In this document: piece by piece, positions 60,914-64,000 of the stretch
Position numbering within the stretch: the stretch's first letter is position 1
How the letters are laid out: each line of letters begins with the position of its first letter
IMG/VR virus record: IMGVR_UViG_3300023179_000053
Coordinates: 1-64,000 of that record
Length of the DNA: 64,000 nucleotides
Strand: one strand, 5' to 3'
DNA from: a virus
The notes under the pieces: generated by a model
Seen by the model: only the letters and a program-made list of their open reading frames with translations
Database searches by the model: none
What the model was told of the DNA's origin: nothing
Made by a program: the position numbers and the translations under genes

Positions 60914-61462
60914 TTATGATAGTGGTTTAACTTCAATGTCGAATAAGGTTTCTATTGTATCGTACTTTCCCCAAAATTCCTGGTTATACCACTGCTTTCT
61001 TAAAAAACATTTCACCCCTGCAGACTGCAATATTAGTATTTCTGCCGGATTATCTTCTACAACAAATATTGGTTGAATATCTTTTATTACATTTATTTTT
61101 TCACCAAAATTTGAAAACACTGGAACTTGAGAATTGATGTTCCATTTTTCTAACCAAGGCAGCGTTTGCTTTACAGCGTTCTCTTGCCTTCTTGCTGTAA
61201 CAATATGTATGTTATATCCCATACTAAACCAATAATTTACTTGATACCAAGCATCTTCATATGGCTTCATGTTTGCCCAGAATAATGGTCTATTAAAAAT
61301 TTCCAATGCATCCTTATCTTTGGTACTAGATATAAGCCATTCTCCGTAATTCATTTCTTCTATTGGCACACCACGAGAAGATAAGACTTTAAATAAAGAA
61401 GTATCAATATCTGCAATTACACCGTCTAAATCCAATACAATGGATTCGTTTACTTTTTTCAT
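60914..61462 (-). CDS. HAD-family 5'(3')-deoxyribonucleotidase-like
   Basis: LDLDGV, IVTAR, K..., VEDN. Confidence 0.8.
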   Translation of the reverse strand: MKKVNESIVLDLDGVIADIDTSLFKVLSSRGVPIEEMNYGEWLISSTKDKDALEIFNRPLFWANMKPYEDAWYQVNYWFSMGYNIHIVTARRQENAVKQTLPWLEKWNINSQVPVFSNFGEKINVIKDIQPIFVVEDNPAEILILQSAGVKCFLRKQWYNQEFWGKYDTIETLFDIEVKPLS

Positions 61463-61475
61463 TTTACCTCTTTCG

Positions 61476-61547
61476 CTGGGGAGGATGGGTTTGCACCACC
61501 ATCTTCTAATTATTGGTCAATTAGCGCTTTGCTTAAGCTACTCCCCA
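61476..61547 (-). tRNA. Degenerate tRNA-like element (possible CCA anticodon)
   Basis: Full cloverleaf pairing (TGGGGAG/CTCCCCA, GCTT/AAGC, CTAATT/AATTAG, GGTGG/CCATC), but T loop TGCAAAC, no D-loop GG and no U33. Confidence 0.55.
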
Positions 61548-61554
61548 CTTATTT

Positions 61555-62196
61555 CTACCAGCTATCTTTTAACTCTCCAGTAGTCAAAAACACCTGTTGC
61601 TTTTCATAAGGCAACTTCATATATACATTATCTAATTGATGCATTGGGAGATCCGAAATAGCCTTCGGCTCCGGCGACACATCTAATGGGATAAGTGAAT
61701 AGTTGGTATCGGCAGCAGTTGAGCCTGTGCGTGAATACTTGTAATATCTGTCAGTCACTGTGCTGAATTCTTTTGCATATTCAATCAATGTCAATCCAAC
61801 ATGGCGCTGATTAAATGTTGTATCAAGAACTCTTGGCTCCCATACACCAGGCTCTGTTTCAACTGCAATGTTGATCAAAAGATGCGGCTTAGGTCTCCAA
61901 GCCTTATCAACAACAGCCTGCTCAGTAGCCCAGCACCTGTAATTGTGCTCTTCTAACGAAGCTGTTGAAGCAACTCTCCACTTCCAATTGATTGGGGATG
62001 TTACCACAGGAACCGTAATTCCTGTACCAACGGCTTCTGAATAATTCTTTGAGTCTTCTGTCAATTCTTGTCTGAATCTAATACGGAACGACTGCCCTGC
62101 TTGAACAGTAAAGAATCGTTTTGGACCATTCTTACCACCTACTGGTGTTACTGCCTTTTCAAGGTCTTTTAATGTTTTAACTGATGTAAATGCCAT
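61555..62196 (-). CDS. Single-stranded DNA-binding protein (gp32-like)
   Basis: IRF, C-containing core, YKYSRTG...DTNYSL; lies between primase and polymerase. Confidence 0.65.
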   Translation of the reverse strand: MAFTSVKTLKDLEKAVTPVGGKNGPKRFFTVQAGQSFRIRFRQELTEDSKNYSEAVGTGITVPVVTSPINWKWRVASTASLEEHNYRCWATEQAVVDKAWRPKPHLLINIAVETEPGVWEPRVLDTTFNQRHVGLTLIEYAKEFSTVTDRYYKYSRTGSTAADTNYSLIPLDVSPEPKAISDLPMHQLDNVYMKLPYEKQQVFLTTGELKDSW

Positions 62197-62204
62197 ATTT
62201 TCTC

Positions 62205-63131
62205 CTATATAATTTTTTGTTTGTTGTTTATTGCTTCTTGTATTTCATTACCAGACATTTCGCCGGGGTCTTTCAACCCCATTGGAATGCTTGCGAACGA
62301 GAGATCTTTCCCTCGACACATCTCTATAATACCACGCCGCATCGCCTCTCCAGCGTCATCATTGTCAGAAAATATAATTATGCTATCAAAAAACTTTCTA
62401 ATTATTTTAACTTGCTTTTCTGACACTGCCGCTCCAAGTGTAGCAATAACATTTGGGAAACCAGCTTGATGAACGAACATGCAGTCAATACTACCTTCAA
62501 CAATTATACATGATGGGTATTGCTTTGCATTTTGTATATTAAATAAATTATCAGCTCTTTTGAATCCTTTATTGTATAAATATCTTGGCTCTTGATGCGA
62601 TTCAACAGCTCTACCTATAAAGCCGGTGAGTTTGTAATTATGAGCCCTTACAGGGATTACAACTCTGTTCTTTTCATTTGAAAATCCAACTTCAAAATAT
62701 TGAATAGTTTCAATAGATAACCCACGTTCAATCAAGGTAATTATTTTTCCAATATGATCTTTATTGCTATAATCTATAACAACATCATCAATTACTAATT
62801 CGTTAACATTTTCTTTGACATACTTAAAACTATTCAACTGCTTTTCAATTGATAATTTATCCAAAGCAAAATCTTTGCCATACGGCTTGCCTGTCAAATG
62901 AAAATACAACTGTCTAAAATTACCCTTTTTACCACAAGATGGATTAAAACATTGCCATAAACCTGTTTTAGTATTTATATACATAGCGGCGCTATGCACA
63001 TTCTTATGAAATGGGCAAAAGACATTTAATTCTTGACCATTTACAGCCTGAACAGGAACTGAGTATTTAGCAAATAGATTATATATCTCTTCTTCTAATT
63101 GTTTAGACGTAAATTTTGAATTTGTAGACAT
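62205..63131 (-). CDS. dnaG: DNA primase
   Basis: CPFH...C...C zinc finger; TOPRIM VEG..D, DND.AG, KDPGE. Confidence 0.92.
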   Translation of the reverse strand: MSTNSKFTSKQLEEEIYNLFAKYSVPVQAVNGQELNVFCPFHKNVHSAAMYINTKTGLWQCFNPSCGKKGNFRQLYFHLTGKPYGKDFALDKLSIEKQLNSFKYVKENVNELVIDDVVIDYSNKDHIGKIITLIERGLSIETIQYFEVGFSNEKNRVVIPVRAHNYKLTGFIGRAVESHQEPRYLYNKGFKRADNLFNIQNAKQYPSCIIVEGSIDCMFVHQAGFPNVIATLGAAVSEKQVKIIRKFFDSIIIFSDNDDAGEAMRRGIIEMCRGKDLSFASIPMGLKDPGEMSGNEIQEAINNKQKII

Positions 63132-63285
63132 CCCGGCTCTTATCGTAATCTGTAATTAAGTTTGTCTTACCAAAATTTCCTTTTTTCTTTCTTGCTTCGT
63201 CTTCCATCCAAGGTCTTAATCTAGACAGCGTTTCAATGTCTACAACCTCACCAGAGACTATAACTTTATTTATTTTTTTATTCAT
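63103..63285 (-). CDS. Hypothetical protein (MNKKINK...)
   Basis: TAATG coupling to the helicase stop. Confidence 0.55.
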   Translation of the reverse strand: MNKKINKVIVSGEVVDIETLSRLRPWMEDEARKKKGNFGKTNLITDYDKSRDVYKFKIYV

Positions 63286-64000
63286 TAAATATCCCACTCC
63301 TCTGACCATTTTCCTGTTTCTAAATTCCATCTAAGATAGAAGCCGAAATGTGAAGCTCGCCTTACTTTTCTAGATATCACTTGGAATAAATCTGACGACA
63401 TCTCTCGATGTATAGCCAGTACTAAGTCGGCATCATATGCCAATTGCTTACTCCAAGCGACCTCTTCAAGCTCTGGTGGTCTTTCAGAATGACCATCAGC
63501 CATTGTTACTGCAGCAACATCTATAATTGGCACGCCGTTTTTAACAGCTATTCTCTTAAAAGCTTTAGAAAGGTTCTTAGCTTTTTCTGTTTCTGTTTTA
63601 GAGCCGGATGCATCATCAAATAAACCGTGATAGTCAAGAATAACAATATCAGGATGATATTGATCAATCTTTGCCTGCACCATGTTTTGGTCTGCTGTTT
63701 CAAGACCTTCTGATGTAACTAAATGAATTGCATGTTTACCAGTAAAGGTAACTTCAGCCCATTTCTCATATGTCTCAAGTATCTGTGGATTAGCTTTAAC
63801 CAAGTCAGTATTTGTAAAATGACCTTCTCCATTATTTAATAATGTATCAAGTCTTTGACCTTCTTGTTGCTTATTCATTTCTAACGAAATAATAAGTGGT
63901 CGATAACCAGCTTTCCATGCATTAACTGCAAAGAGTCTAGCAATAAAGGATTTGCCAACACCTGTCCATCCAAGAAGAACAATAAAATCACCAGGCTGCC
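63285..64000 (-). CDS. dnaB: Replicative DnaB-like helicase, C-terminal part (5' end beyond window)
   Basis: Walker A GWTGVGKS, ISLEM, ILDY, S..LAYDAD. Confidence 0.9.
   Translation of the reverse strand, partial: QPGDFIVLLGWTGVGKSFIARLFAVNAWKAGYRPLIISLEMNKQQEGQRLDTLLNNGEGHFTNTDLVKANPQILETYEKWAEVTFTGKHAIHLVTSEGLETADQNMVQAKIDQYHPDIVILDYHGLFDDASGSKTETEKAKNLSKAFKRIAVKNGVPIIDVAAVTMADGHSERPPELEEVAWSKQLAYDADLVLAIHREMSSDLFQVISRKVRRASHFGFYLRWNLETGKWSEEWDI

Overview
A 64-kb segment of a large, AT-rich tailed dsDNA phage with a probable actinobacterial host (WhiB, many leaderless genes, a short-arm tRNA-Leu(UAA), and DnaE/RecA/NrdJ gene content resembling large Streptomyces-type siphoviruses). Layout: 1-10.3 kb (minus) holds virion genes (tail-fibre-like, major capsid, prohead protease/scaffold, portal), class II RNR and a glycosyltransferase. 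10.4-17.8 kb (plus) holds accessory genes and tRNAs. 18.5-24.2 kb (plus) is a GC-rich array of 11 single-gene cassettes. 24.2-25 kb is non-coding, with phased T-tracts and a parS-like palindrome. 25-46.6 kb (minus) holds about 50 mostly hypothetical genes and tRNAs. 47-64 kb (minus) holds terminase, nucleases, RecA, DnaE, SSB, primase and helicase. The best candidate for an undescribed system is the cassette array. Each unit is a covarying inverted repeat with an asymmetric GC-RNNTA-GC core, a fixed 37-bp offset, a conserved GTTGAGTACACTTACT-N7-ATAGTAAGTT box, one small ORF and a strong terminator; inverted copies of the repeat occur at the distal end. Also notable: a tRNA gene split at its anticodon by an HNH + replacement tRNA-Thr insert, a topologically rearranged tRNA-Ile(UAU)-like gene, a ~185-nt structured ncRNA candidate, and repeats between terS and terL. 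All protein calls come from motif recognition by eye; no searches were run.
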